64,000 nucleotides of DNA. Origin: Octopus sinensis (taxonomy: Eukaryota). Shown here piece after piece: positions 49,330 to 61,962 of this stretch. Both the position numbers and the translations under genes were made by a program. The stretch lies in the NCBI RefSeq assembly GCF_006345805.1, contig NC_043014.1, positions 26,536,001 to 26,600,000 on the forward strand. The letters run 5' to 3'. Below the pieces are notes generated by a model. It had not been told where the DNA came from and did not search any database. It was given only the letters and a program-made list of their open reading frames with translations. Numbering within the stretch: the stretch's first letter is position 1; each line of letters starts with the position of its first letter.

Positions 49330-52300
49330 AAAATATTTCTACTGAACGTAGGAGGGCTGCTGCGCTGCAACTGTAAAAGGAAAATCTCATTCCTGAGAGA
49401 CCTTGTGGCATGCAATCAAGCTATATACATGGCACTCATAGAAACGCATCTTGGACACGATGTAGGGGATGCAGAAATACACATACCGCAATATACTGTC
49501 ATACGCTCAGATAGAAAAGGGAGGAGCCATGGTGGAGTTGCAATGTACATCCGAGATGACCTCACGCCCCAGGTCCTGATGTCATATTCAAACTCAGTGT
49601 GTGACACTCAAATTGTACACATAAGACAACTGAATATCGTCATATGTACTACATATCGCCCACCGGATGTCCCAAATCACTCAGGCATGTTTGAAGACTG
49701 CCTAACAAAAATAGAAGTTCTCACCAACCTGGAACAACACAACAGTGTATTCTTCATGGGTGAATTTAACTTCCCCAATGGGGAATGGCCTGGGGGCAGA
49801 TGCTCCCAGGGATGACACACTATCAGCAGGCACAGGCAGAGTCCCTGCTCCATCTCACAAATGCCTCTTTCATGGAGCAAATAGTGCTGCAACCAACAAG
49901 GGCAGATAATATACTGGATCTCTGCTTCACAAACAATAAAGATATTATCCATAATGTTAAAGTGATGCCGACAATGATCTCGGATCACAACATAATAGAG
50001 CTGTCTATGTATGGACCAAAAGCCCCCGCAGACACACAGCCTATACGAAGCATTCACAATCTCTCGAACTTAAACTTTCATAAAGCAAATTGGAAGTTGA
50101 TCGAGAAAGAGATCCTCAAACAGGATTGGCCTAAATGTCTCTCCAAAACGGACATTAACATGAAACACAAACACTTCATGTCCATAATACAAGCCATATG
50201 TGACAAATATGTCCCAGTGTGCAGGGCCAACACACACAAAAGCAAAAACAGGATCCCTAGAGAAAGGAAGATTCTTATGAGACGACGGACAAGGATTGCG
50301 AACCGCCTGAGCAAGCACACCAAAAGTGGTGAGAAGTCTCGGCTCGAGAGAATGCTAATGGAAATTGAGAAAAGTCTGCATCAGTCTCATGAAAAGGAGA
50401 GAGCAGATAAAGAAGCTTGGGTAATAGAAAATATAAAGTGAAACCCTAAAGCTTTCTTTAAGTTTGCCAAAGAGACAGCCACAGTGCACCAGAGAATAGG
50501 ACTTCTCTTCCAAAAAGATGGCTCTCTCACAGGAAATCCCACGAGGATAAGTGAAATACTGAACGAACAGTTCTAAAGTGTGTTCACTACACCTCTAGGA
50601 CACAGGCAAGTAAACAACCCAGAAGAATTCTTTGCCACTTTACCTGTGGCTAAAGAGGCAAAATTTGAGTACATCAACATTGAAGATGATGATATCACAC
50701 TGGCCATAGATGAGATTGACACAAACTCAGCTGCTGGACCTGATGGATTTTCAGCGATCCTTCTCAAATCGGGCAAACGAGCCCTTGCAAAACCGCTACA
50801 GCTTCTTTTTCAGAGCTTTCTTGCCAAGTGGTAAGCTCCCAGTCAAATTGAAAGAGGGGATAATATGACCTATCCATAAGGAAGGATGCAGAGCAGATGC
50901 TAAAAATTATAGGCCTATCTCTCTGACGTCACACATCAGCAAAGTCATGGAGCGAATAGTCCGCAAGAAACTAATCAGGTTCCTTGAAGAAAATGACTTG
51001 CTGACTGATACCCAGCATGGATTTCGACCAGGTAGAAACTGCCTAACACAGCTCCTGCAACACTATGACTGGGTGTTAAAACAGCTACTAAATGGCTCAA
51101 ATGTGGATGTGATATATCTCGACTTTGCAAAAGCCTTTGATAAAGTCGACCACGGTATGATTTGTCACAAACTGCGTGGTCTCGGCATAGGCGGAAAACT
51201 TGGAGAGTGGCTGCACAACTTCCTAAAAGATAGAAAGCAGTCAGTTGTGATCAATGGAGCCACCTCCAAGGAAACACAAATAACAAGCGGTGTTCCACAG
51301 GGCACTGTCTTGGGGCCACTGCTGTTCATATGGCCACCCTTGCTAGCTATGCAGATGACACAAAAGTCTCCCACACAATACAAAACCCTGGAAATATTGC
51401 ACATCTGCAACAGGAGTTGGATACAATATACAGGTTGGCTGAGGACAACAACATGCAGTTTAATGCAGGTAAGTTCCAGGCCCTGCGCTACCGGCACACA
51501 GGTAAACGACGTGCAGACTGGATACACTGGCCCGGGAAGAATTGCAATCCCTGAGTCAAAATCAGTGCGTGACCTGGGCATTGACATGAGCAATGATGCA
51601 TCTTTCCAAGTGCATATTACTAATCTGGTGATAAAATGCAGACGGCTAGCTGGATGGATTCTCCGAACTTTCAGAACAAGAGAGAAGGGGACACTGATGG
51701 TCCTCTGGAAAACTTTCGTCCTCAGCCGCTTGGACTACTGCTCCCAACTATGGTCACCACACAATATAAAACTAACAGCGGAACTCGAAGCAATTCAAAG
51801 AAGCTACACAAAGAAGATCGTCTCAATGCAACATATCAGCTACTGGGAAAGACTGAGAGTATTAAACCTCTTCTCACTAGAGCGAAGGCGGGAGAGATAT
51901 GCGGTGATATACATCTGGAAAATCCTGGAGGGTCTTGTCCCAAACTTTGGCATTCAAAGTTACCCCAACCGCAGAACGGGGCTCCACTGCATGGTGCCAA
52001 AGATTTCAACATCACCATCAAAATACAGGACCAGATACTGCAACAGCATGGGTTTCAGAGGACCACAGCTCTTTAACATCCTCCCTAAATGCCTGAGAGA
52101 CTTGCATGGTGTGGATGTGGGTTTCTTTAAAACTAAACTGGATCTCTTCTTGTCGGGGGTCCCAGATGAACCTGCCTCACGACAGGAGACACAGGTGTGG
52201 GCAGCGGCATCGAACTCCTTGTTGACCAAGTGCCACGTATCAGAGGTGGATTCCCATATTAGTGTAGCTCATTCAGCGGTGGTGCCCCAGCATGGCCACG

Positions 52301-52332
52301 GCCTTTGGGCTAAAACATTTTTAAGGATTTAA
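49330..52332 (+). pseudogene. CR1 ORF2 (APE + RT), with stops and frameshifts
   Basis: Motifs are split across ORFs 49144-49815, 49785-50441, 50947-52332 and 51330-51554. Confidence 0.92.
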
Positions 52333-52352
52333 GGATATATATAAATATATGC

Positions 52353-52395
<43 letters not shown>

Positions 52396-52638
52396 CATAT
52401 ATATGTCTATAAACATGCATATATTGGTACAGGACATCAAAATAAAATTGAACACAATGAGAAACGAAAACAAAAACAAAAACATGGAAAAAGGAGTATA
52501 TATATATATATATATAAAACCCTCCTTCTTCTCTTCCTTCCTGAGCGTCCAATAATACTATATTTGTTCCACGTCCTTGCGTTGTTGTGTTTTCTCTTTG
52601 TGTTTTCATTGTTGGATTAACTATATAGATATATGTAT

Positions 52639-52748
<110 letters not shown>

Positions 52749-53985
52749 TATATATATATATTGGTAAAAACGGTAAGACAACAAAAGAAAGAAAGAGACC
52801 TCAATATTATGTAAATAGAGGAAATTTATCTATAAAATAATATGTACAATTACTCAATAGTCAAGATAAAACTCTGAGTTTCAGATGCCAATGCGTGGGC
52901 CTTACAGAGGGTAATTTCAAGGCCAGGTTCAATAACCACACATTGAGTTTTAGGCACTGGAACAAAAGAAAAGCGACAAAATTATCTAATCATATTTGGT
53001 CTTTAAAAGATAAAGGTGTCGATTATAACATCCAATGGAAGATTTTGGCCAAATGTAAGCCCTACTCCAACGGCAGCGGAAAGTGAGGTCTATGCGACAT
53101 GGAGAGATGGCTTATCTGGAAAAGCAGCTTAGACCCTACTACATGTCTAAACTCAAGGACAGAACTTTTCGGATCATGCCCACATGAGACAACATTTTTG
53201 TTACGTTTTTGGTCCCCTAAAGAAAACAGATAGAACTTGCTTTCTATTTTATGTCCCAAAAAGTTTTTTATCTCATTATACCTTTTATTATTTCATATAT
53301 TTTTATATTTTTTTACACATATTAATTTTTTCTGTACTTTTCTATCCTGCATTTTTTCCTGTGCCTATATGGAGGTGTATATAGATTTATTTGTACACGT
53401 GTGTGAATATGTATGAGTGGGCAGTTTTAGATGTGTGCGTGTGTGCGAGCATAAGAATGCATATATATCTAGACGCTTTTACTTAGTATTTTTCCATTTT
53501 TTTAGGGTTTTTTTGGGGGGGGGTGCATATGTATATTTATTTTTCGTATATGCGTGTGTATGTACATATATGGGCGTGTGTGTGTATGAGTGCATAAGGG
53601 CATGTCCGTATATGAACGTGGTTTTTATGCTTTGTATACTTCCTTATGTTTTTTCTGTTACCTTTAACCATGGTTTTTCTTGTGCTTGTGCGTATATAGA
53701 CGTATGTATGAACTTTTACAGTACGCATGTGTATGTGTATGAGTTTGTATATATATGCGTATATATTTGGCGAAAAATGCAAGTGAAGATGTGTACGTTT
53801 TCATAGTGACGTATAAGTACGCACGTGGGTCCGCGAGCGCACATGTGAGCGTATGACTAACCGTGTTTTACTATGAAATTTTAATCTTATTTTATATAAG
53901 TAGCAGAATTATAACACAGTAATTTCCCTTTATACAACGGTATTTTTTCATAGCGTTTTTCAGATGGCCACATAACCGAAGAGAT

Positions 53986-54060
53986 GTGTAGCTCATTCAG
54001 CGGTGGTGCCCCAGCATGGCTGCGGCCTTCGGGCTAAAACATTTTTAAGGATTTAAGGAT
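53986..54060 (+). mobile_element. 75-nt 5'-truncated copy of the CR1 3' end
   Basis: Matches 52262-52335, including ttaaggatttaaggat. Confidence 0.9.
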
Positions 54061-54316
54061 ATGTATGTATACATATATATATGTATATATATATGTATAT
54101 AAATATATATATATGTATATATATATGTTATATAAAAGGGCTTAGTAAAATAAATTACTTTGCCACATACTGAACTCATTAGAAATAGTAGCTAAAAAAA
54201 CTTTTTTAAAACTATTTCTAATACTTAAAGAAAATCTCTCTCATATAGTGTTTGCTCAATTCAACTCACGAAAGTATGGGGGTAAAGACATTAAAAAATC
54301 AAATGCAAAGGTTATT

Positions 54317-54368
54317 TGAGAACGTACGTTTCTAGATTAGTCAACTCGACATTTCTTTCTTCAGCTCA
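54317..54368 (-). ncRNA. Type I hammerhead antisense to, and just upstream of, the PLE ORF
   Basis: UGAG CUGAAGA A AGA..GUC/GAC..UCU A GAAA CGUACG UU|CUCA. Stem III is the palindrome ACGUACGU. Confidence 0.7.
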
Positions 54369-54422
54369 TATATATGTATATAAATAAAATTTCGTAAGTC
54401 TTTTAACGATTTCCAACATAAA

Positions 54423-56378
54423 TTGAAAAAAGATATTAATCATATAAAGAGCTCCAAGAAAAAAGCACTTTTTTCGGATAAAACCAAGAACTTATACCTG
54501 GTAGATAACAGCAAATACACAGAACTCTTACACAACAGCATAATTAATAATTATACTAAGGCTAGGGCACAGACATATAACGAAATCAATAAAGAAGCTA
54601 GCGTCATCGCCGCTAAACTTAAATTAGATAAAAAAATAGAAGCCCTTCCCCAAAAAGAGGCCTTTATTACTATTAAAGATCATAAAGAAAACTTCCTTTC
54701 CAACCCTAAATGTAGGCTAATCAACCCAGCCAAGTCAGAACTTGGGATTATTAGCAAAGAAATTTTAGATAAAATAAATACGAAAATTAAGACCGATACT
54801 AGGCTAGTACAATGGTCCAATAGTATAGAAGTCGTAGACTGGTTTAAAGCTATTAAGAATAAGAAAAAAGCGAGGTTTACACAATTCGATATTGTTGATT
54901 TTTATGCCTCTATCTCTAAAGAACTGCTAGATAAAGCCCTCATCTTCGCTAGTGACTTCATAGAAATTAGTACCAATGATAAGGAAATAATCTTCCATGC
55001 TAGAAAGACCTTACTTTTCAGTGAGGACGCAAAGTGGGTAAAAAACACCGACACAGAGGGCGCTTTCGATGTGAGCATGGGTTCATATGATGGGGCAGGC
55101 ATCTGTGATCTAATTGGACTTTTTCTCCTAGATACCTTAGGTAAGACATTCCCTAACGTACATTTCGCCATCTACAAAGATGATGCCCTCGCCTTAACAG
55201 CTAATACAAATGGACCAGCACAAGATCGTTTTAGGAAGGATATTATCCAGTTAATGAAGCACTTCGGACTTAGTATAACTATAGATACTAACTTGACGGT
55301 TGTCAATTTCCTAGACGTTTCCTTAGATCTTAATAAGAATATTTATAAGCCTTATAGGAAGCCCAATGATAGACTAAGTTATATTAATGTAGGTTCATGC
55401 CATCCCCCTATAGTATTCAAAAATTTAGTTAAAAATATTAGTAAGAGGATTTCTAGCCTCTCATCTGATGAGGACATCTTCAATAGCGTTGCCCCAGTTT
55501 ATAATAAGGCTTTAAAAGATAGTGGTTTTAGCGATAAAATAAAATATACACCTATCACTAGCCCAACAGTAAAGAAAAGGAATAATAGAAATAGGAAGGT
55601 CATCTGGTTTACGCCCCCTTACTCACCCGAGGTGGCCTTTAATATAGGTAAATATTTCCTAGCACTGATAGATAGACATTTTCCAGTTAACCATACTTAT
55701 AGGAAACTCTTCAATAGACACAATTTAAAAATTAGTTTTAGTTCAACTACCAATTTTAAAAACATAATCAAACATAACATACAAAAAACACAAGAAGAAA
55801 ACAGCTGTTCATGTAGGAATAAAGAATTGTGCCCGCTAAATGGAGCTTGCATGTCCAAGACCATCATATATGAAGCTACCGTAAACTCTATAACCACTAA
55901 AGACACCGTTTCGACGAAGAAATACGTGGGCCTTACAGAGGGTAATTTCAAGGCCAGGTTCAATAACCACACTTTGAGCTTTAGGCACTGGAACAAAAGA
56001 AAAGCGACACAATTGTCTAATAATATTTGGTCTTTAAGAGATAAAGGTGTCGATTATAACATACAATGGAAGATTTTGGCCAGATGTAAGCCCTATACTA
56101 ACGGCAGCGGAAGGTGCGGTCTATGCGACATGGAGAGATGGCTTATCTGGAAAAGCAGCTTAGACCCTACTACATGTCTAAGTACAAGGACAGAGCTTTT
56201 CGGATCATGCCCACATGTGACTAAGTTTCTGTTACGTTTTTGGTCCCCTAAAGAAAACAGATATAACATGCTTTCTATGTTATGTCCCAAGAAGAATTTA
56301 TATATTTTATATATTTTTTATATATTTTTTATGTATTTTTATATAATTTTTATGACGAAAAATGCGAGCGATGTATAA
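54423..56378 (+). CDS. PLE RT + GIY-YIG endonuclease (Neptune-like), 5'-truncated, 651 aa open
   Basis: QFDIVDFY, GSYDG, YKDD, NFLDV, CSC...CPLNGAC linker, IIYEA...KYVG, CGLC. Confidence 0.9.
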   Translation: MKKDINHIKSSKKKALFSDKTKNLYLVDNSKYTELLHNSIINNYTKARAQTYNEINKEASVIAAKLKLDKKIEALPQKEAFITIKDHKENFLSNPKCRLINPAKSELGIISKEILDKINTKIKTDTRLVQWSNSIEVVDWFKAIKNKKKARFTQFDIVDFYASISKELLDKALIFASDFIEISTNDKEIIFHARKTLLFSEDAKWVKNTDTEGAFDVSMGSYDGAGICDLIGLFLLDTLGKTFPNVHFAIYKDDALALTANTNGPAQDRFRKDIIQLMKHFGLSITIDTNLTVVNFLDVSLDLNKNIYKPYRKPNDRLSYINVGSCHPPIVFKNLVKNISKRISSLSSDEDIFNSVAPVYNKALKDSGFSDKIKYTPITSPTVKKRNNRNRKVIWFTPPYSPEVAFNIGKYFLALIDRHFPVNHTYRKLFNRHNLKISFSSTTNFKNIIKHNIQKTQEENSCSCRNKELCPLNGACMSKTIIYEATVNSITTKDTVSTKKYVGLTEGNFKARFNNHTLSFRHWNKRKATQLSNNIWSLRDKGVDYNIQWKILARCKPYTNGSGRCGLCDMERWLIWKSSLDPTTCLSTRTELFGSCPHVTKFLLRFWSPKENRYNMLSMLCPKKNLYILYIFYIFFMYFYIIFMTKNASDV

Positions 56379-56451
56379 GTACGCAGGCAAGCAGAGTTAT
56401 AACAGAGTAATTTCCCTTTATTTAACGGTATTTTTTCATAACGTTTTCAAA

Positions 56452-56525
56452 TAGCCAGATAACCGAAGAGATGGTGTTGTGGATTTCCACTTCGGCATCT
56501 GAAACTCAGAGTTTTATCTTGACTA
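56452..56525 (+). ncRNA. PLE 3' hammerhead-like motif with CCGAAGA core
   Basis: agauaa CCGAAGA GAUG..CAUC U GAAA CUC A GAG UU|uuaucu. U4 is replaced by C. Confidence 0.55.
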
Positions 56526-56622
56526 CCGAGTAATGTAACATATTGTATAGATAAATTTCCTCTATTTACATAATATTGAGGTCTCTTTCTTTCTTTTGTT
56601 ATCTTACCGTTTTATCAATATA

Positions 56623-56695
<73 letters not shown>

Positions 56696-56741
56696 TGTAT
56701 GTATGTATGTATGTATGTATGTATGTATATATGTATGTATA

Positions 56742-56764
<23 letters not shown>

Positions 56765-56774
<10 letters not shown>

Positions 56775-57120
56775 TGCTAAATTAGCACTAGCGTGCTCAT
56801 AAATTCCCTTTCTTCGTAAGTGATTGTAGCAAGCATGTGAAAATTTGCTTCTATAGTGTGTAAATATATCTTTATGCCTGTTTCTCTGTATGAAAATTCA
56901 GACTTTCTTCAAAACATAAAATCTAGCAACTGAATATTTTCAGAAACAAGTCAACGTTGGGGTCCTCTATTTGGTCGGTTGACCTTCTAGAACCAATATT
57001 CAAATCTCCCTCAGATACCATCTTGTGACAGGAATGGAGATATTAGTCAACGAAGTACGAGATAAACCTAAAAATATTAGCTGCTCATGGTGGGAATACC
57101 TCTAGTCATATATTTACTAA
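56765..57120 (+). repeat. ~350-bp dispersed repeat, direct copy at 61960-62320
   Basis: ctaaattagca...gtgattgtagcaagca...ctctatttggtcggtt...ctccctcagatacca is present in both, each after (GA)n. Confidence 0.85.
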
Positions 57121-58216
57121 TCAGAATTGACTAGAACTGTTAGAAGTGAGCGACATCACCCAGGCTGTTGCATTCCTCAGATCATAATACGTCAATCTTT
57201 ATTGCATATAATCGATTATATCTTGTTTCATGATTAAATCAAATCATCATTGTCATTCACTGCTATATGTGGGACGTGAAGGGGAAAAGTAAAAAGGAAA
57301 TAGGAAAGAAACGACACTAATATCGTACATTTATATCAGCTCTGGATCGGTGGCCAGAGAAAAAATATTAAAACTAAAGCAAAATGTCTTTATGGCTGGA
57401 TTGATAAAATGCAATCGGAAGTTCAAATCGGAAGTGACAAAAATTCATTTTGGCAGCTCTTATCACTATGAACAAAGAGTGAAAAATTATGATTCAATAA
57501 CACAAAAATATCCCGATTGAACACTGTTGAGTAGCTATTAATTGGTTAAATCAGCAGACAAGCAACGTGTTGCAACGTATTATCACGCCTTATTTACTCA
57601 ATCTCTAGGAGATGTTTTAGATAGAAGGATATGGATACAAATGCATATACACATGAATATAGGTATGAAAATAGGAGAAATTGCATTTAGTGATGACGGT
57701 ATGGAATACAGAAAGGAATCAGAGAGTTAATTCCTAGGAAGAGGTAAAATTCAGTGAGAGAAGGAAATTCTGTTGAAGTTTAAGAAAAAGATAACTGCGT
57801 TTTAAAGTTTGTACACAACTATATTATATGAAATAAGCAACCGATACACGCCATCGAAGAGGGGAGGCAACAGAAGAAATTTAAGAACCAGAAAGAAAAG
57901 TAATATGTTGAATTCTTCATCTGAAATTTGGTGCAGTTACATATTGAAATAAAATATGCGATGGCTTCAGCAAGGTTAGTCAGGTAAGAATGATATATCA
58001 ACTTTTTCATTTCTTCTTAAAATAAGTCAATTAACGGCTCACTTCTTCGTCTAGTGGGAATTGAAGAACTTTGTGTATGTATATATATATATATGTATAG
58101 TTGAGTACAGAAATTCGGGGTGAGTACTTGATAATTATAAGCACCTGTGTATACCGTTTGGTGGTGTAGGTGGTGGAGTAAATTGATCAAAATAAAAACA
58201 TGATGCCAAGGATTCA

Positions 58217-58294
58217 GCGGTACATATGTTTCGGGCCTTTATTAGACAGATTTATAACAATGCATAATGTGTGTCTGTGGCCTTCTTCAGCCGC
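58217..58294 (-). ncRNA. Type I hammerhead ribozyme with canonical core
   Basis: GCGG CUGAAGA A GGCC..GGCC C GAAA CAUAUG UA|CCGC. Cut between 58221 and 58220. Confidence 0.8.
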
Positions 58295-58941
58295 GCACAA
58301 CAGCTTCCACAAGGACATGTGTTACATCAAAAATTCTTGGTTGGGGATGCAAATCCTCTCATTCGCGTACGACATAATGCGGCAACAGCATAGAATTGAA
58401 GCGTCCATCTCTTTCTTCTCTCAATGTAGAATGAGGAAATTTGGATGTCGAAGTAATGTAAATAAATTAATAAATAAATACGTATATAGACGTGAAGGAA
58501 CCTGGTAATAAGAGTAAATAGGGGTAAAGATGGAGGGGCGAGAATTCAGGACGAAGGATAAAAAATATATAAAAAATATATAAAAAGTGTAAGCATAGAA
58601 AAATATAAAAATGTAGAGTATAAAGATATAAAGAGATATAAGGAGATATAAAGGGGATATAAAAAAATATAAATGAATATAAAGGCATAAGGTTATAAAG
58701 TAAAAATAGAAATAGAAATAAAAATAAAGAAATAAAAATAGGAATAAAAATGATAAAAATGTAAAAAAATGTAAGTAAACGAGTTAGTAAACGTTTTTAT
58801 TTTCATTTCACTAAATTTATCAAGCTTCTGTGTTTCTAGTACATACTTCGCCTTTTAATGTACTTATATATGAATAATATATGGCTTGTGCTAGAAACAC
58901 CAGCGATAATAATTTATTTTATTTTATCGCATTTTGAATTT

Positions 58942-59023
<82 letters not shown>

Positions 59024-59046
59024 ATATATATATGTATGTATGTATG

Positions 59047-59097
<51 letters not shown>

Positions 59098-59629
59098 CTT
59101 TGTATATTCTGAGACGCTAGTAATGCTTGTTTGTTTTGAGACAATCATTTAGAAAGTTGCTCACTGAACATGTTTTGAGACTGAAACAATTACGTCGTAG
59201 AAGAGTCTTCTATCTATTGTTGTCCTGTAGGAATATGCAAAAGTGTTGTACTGAATTTTCTTTTATATCTTCATAGTACGGTGTAGTGCGCAAAGCCAAA
59301 ATGTTTCGCCCGCTACAAACTGGTCACTGACGCATGGCTGTTTCACCTGTTCAAATTCATTGACTAGTGATATTTTAAAAACTTCATGCTTTCTTTCCCT
59401 TTCCTTTCGTTTACATTCATAGGAATCTTTTCTTTGCGATATTCAACTTCATACATATAATCTTCTTATGATTTGGTCAGTTATCTTTTTCTTAGTTAAT
59501 CTACTTCAACGTTGAAATCTGGAACTGCAAATGTATTGTAATATTGTTACAGAGACACACGCACAGACAGAGATACAGAGATTGTTTATAATAATGGTTT
59601 CAAATTTTGGCAAAATAGACAACAGGTTC

Positions 59630-59800
59630 AGGGTTAAGGTATATCGATTAAATCAAACCCAGAGCTCAACTGGTACTTATTTCATCGACCCAGAAAGAAT
59701 GAAAGACAAAGTCGAGGTCGGCGGAATTTGAATGTAGAACGTAAGGACGAATGAAATAATGTTAAGCGTCTCGTCCAGCGTGCTTACGATACTGCCAGTT
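59630..59800 (-). mobile_element. SINE family 1 copy
   Basis: actggtacttatttcatcgaccc...aaagtcgaggtcggcggaatttgaa. Confidence 0.8.
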
Positions 59801-59960
59801 CCCTATTTTACCATGATTAAATTATAATATTTCTGTAATATATTTTTCTCTTAACAATGTTAGAAGCTTGTTCTCTGTCTGTCTGCCTCTAATTTCTTTT
59901 TTACGTACATACATACATGCATATACACACACACACACACACACACATACACACACACAC

Positions 59961-59998
<38 letters not shown>

Positions 59999-60266
59999 AT
60001 GTATATATGTATGCATGTATGTATGTATATTATTATAATTATTAGGGAATATTACTTCCGAGTACACAAGAAAAAGACATTCAAATTAGATGTACTAAAA
60101 TGAACATCTCTCAATGTTTAATTCGTATATATAAAAGTAGTCTAAGAGACAGAACCTTCAACTCAATCAACACTGAAAGATTTTATATCCGACCACTCCA
60201 TAAAATGTTAAATATTAAAAGTTATACTAACTATATCCATTCTGAATCCCGTATTTTCTGTTTATA

Positions 60267-60366
60267 AGACTACACGTGTTTCATGAAAGTACGTCGGTAT
60301 TGGTTAGATACGAGGTATCTAGTTTCAATTCTTAATCGGGTCGACATACTCCCAATCTTCAGGTAT
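60267..60366 (-). ncRNA. Type I hammerhead ribozyme with long stem II
   Basis: CUGAAGA, 13-bp stem II UGGGAGUAUGUCG/CGACGUACUUUCA, GAAA, stem III ACACGUGU, GUA site. Stem I has one mismatch. Confidence 0.7.
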
Positions 60367-60612
60367 GGATTCCTCAACATTTTTCACTACTCCTACCTCT
60401 TATATACCTCCATGATACTCTATATCTTCAATATAATCTTACTTAACATAAGCAAATGAATAGAAATACAAATGATAAATAAGAATAATAACTCAATATT
60501 AAACATTTAAGGAAAAAAAATTAAGAGAAAAAATACAACCGATAGTGGTGTGTTTACGTTCCCGTAACTTAGCGGTTCGGTAGTTAAATGACTGAAACAA
60601 GTAAAAAAGTAA

Positions 60613-60698
<86 letters not shown>

Positions 60699-60710
60699 TA
60701 TATATATATA

Positions 60711-61888
60711 CAGGTGTTGGACAAGATAATGGAAACACCTATCATCTTAGCATCATAATTTTGAAATATCTATAAGTCCGCTGTTTCTTTTCGGATTTAT
60801 CAGGAAAAAGTAATTAAAATTCATTAAAATGGCAGATCTATTGGACTTTCAAAGAGATCAAATTGTTGGTGCTTGTATGGTAGGCGCTAGCGTAACGAAA
60901 ACAGCCGAAATGTTTGATGTATCAAGAAGTTCTGCCTCGAAAGTAATGACAGCCTTTGAGAAAGACCCTCCTCGTCGAAACAAAACTCCGGAAGAAAACC
61001 AAAACTTGAAAATAGGGGCCGTCGGACTCTTACGCGATTGTTAGAAAGGATCACAAAAGTACAGACCCAAAATTACTTCAGAGCTTAATGACCACCTGGA
61101 GAAGCCAGTTTCCACAAAAACTGTTCGCTGGAAGCTACACAAAGCTGGATTTCATCGGAGGGCTACAATCAGAAAACCACTACTTTCAAAAATAAACGCT
61201 GCAAAGTGACTAGAGTGGAGTAAAAACCAACAGTATTGGTCCCTAGAGCAGTGGAAGAATGTTATTTTCTCGAACGACTCATCCTTTACCATATTTCCGA
61301 CCACCGGCCGAGTATACGTGTGGAGACACAGCCAAAAGAAGCATCTGACCCAGATTGCCTTCTTCCAACTGTTAAACGTGAGGAGAATCTGTGATGATAT
61401 GGGGGGGCATATCTTGGAAGTCCGCCGGCCCAATGGTTTCCCTTCATGGCAGAATTAATAGTCAAGGCTATTTGAGTATTTTATCTGATCAAATTCATCC
61501 TATGGTTTCGGAATTGTTTCCGGAGAGAAACGCAATCTTTCATGATGATAATTCACCAATTCACACAGCTAAAGTTGTTACTGAATAGCACGAGGAACAT
61601 TCTAGTGAAGTTGAACATCTTATCTGGCCACCACAGTCCCCAGATCTCAATATTATTGAACATTTATGTTCAATAATATGGAGTCGATATCCTCCACCAT
61701 CATCACTACAAGAACTGGAGAGTGTTTTAGCTGAAGTATAGACAAAAATTCCATTGGAAACAATTCAAACTTTGTACGAGTCCCTACCTCGTAGAATTCA
61801 AGCTGTAATCACTGCCAAAGGCGATCACATCACATATTAAAATAAATTTGAAATTATCAGGTGTTTCCATTATTTTGTCCAACCCTTG
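60711..61888 (+). mobile_element. Tc1/mariner transposon with DD36E spacing (Incomer-like), 1178 bp, non-coding
   Basis: 30-bp TIRs (27/30), TA flanks. MADLLDFQRDQIVGA N-terminus. HDDNSPIH...SPDLNIIE with 36 residues between D and E. Confidence 0.9.
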
Positions 61889-61903
61889 TATGTATACAGA
61901 GAG

Positions 61904-61962
<59 letters not shown>

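Larger units (their letters stand above)
47670..52335 (+). mobile_element. CR1-clade LINE, near full length, decayed; (TTAAGGAT)n tail
   Basis: APE (LLNVGGL, IETHL, GGVAMYI) and RT (AGPDGF, QHGFRPGR, LDFAKAFDKV, GVPQGTVLGPLLF, YADD). 5' boundary uncertain. Confidence 0.88.
52761..56618 (+). mobile_element. Penelope-like element composite with a partial tandem duplication and terminal inverted tail
   Basis: 52890-53250 duplicates 55920-56290. 52761-52889 is the reverse complement of 56494-56618. (TA)n on both flanks. Confidence 0.88.

Noticed and set aside
57819-58010. ORF with a GPCR-like KNSTYYF segment
   Set aside because: It is short and isolated, with no other helices or supportable splice structure.
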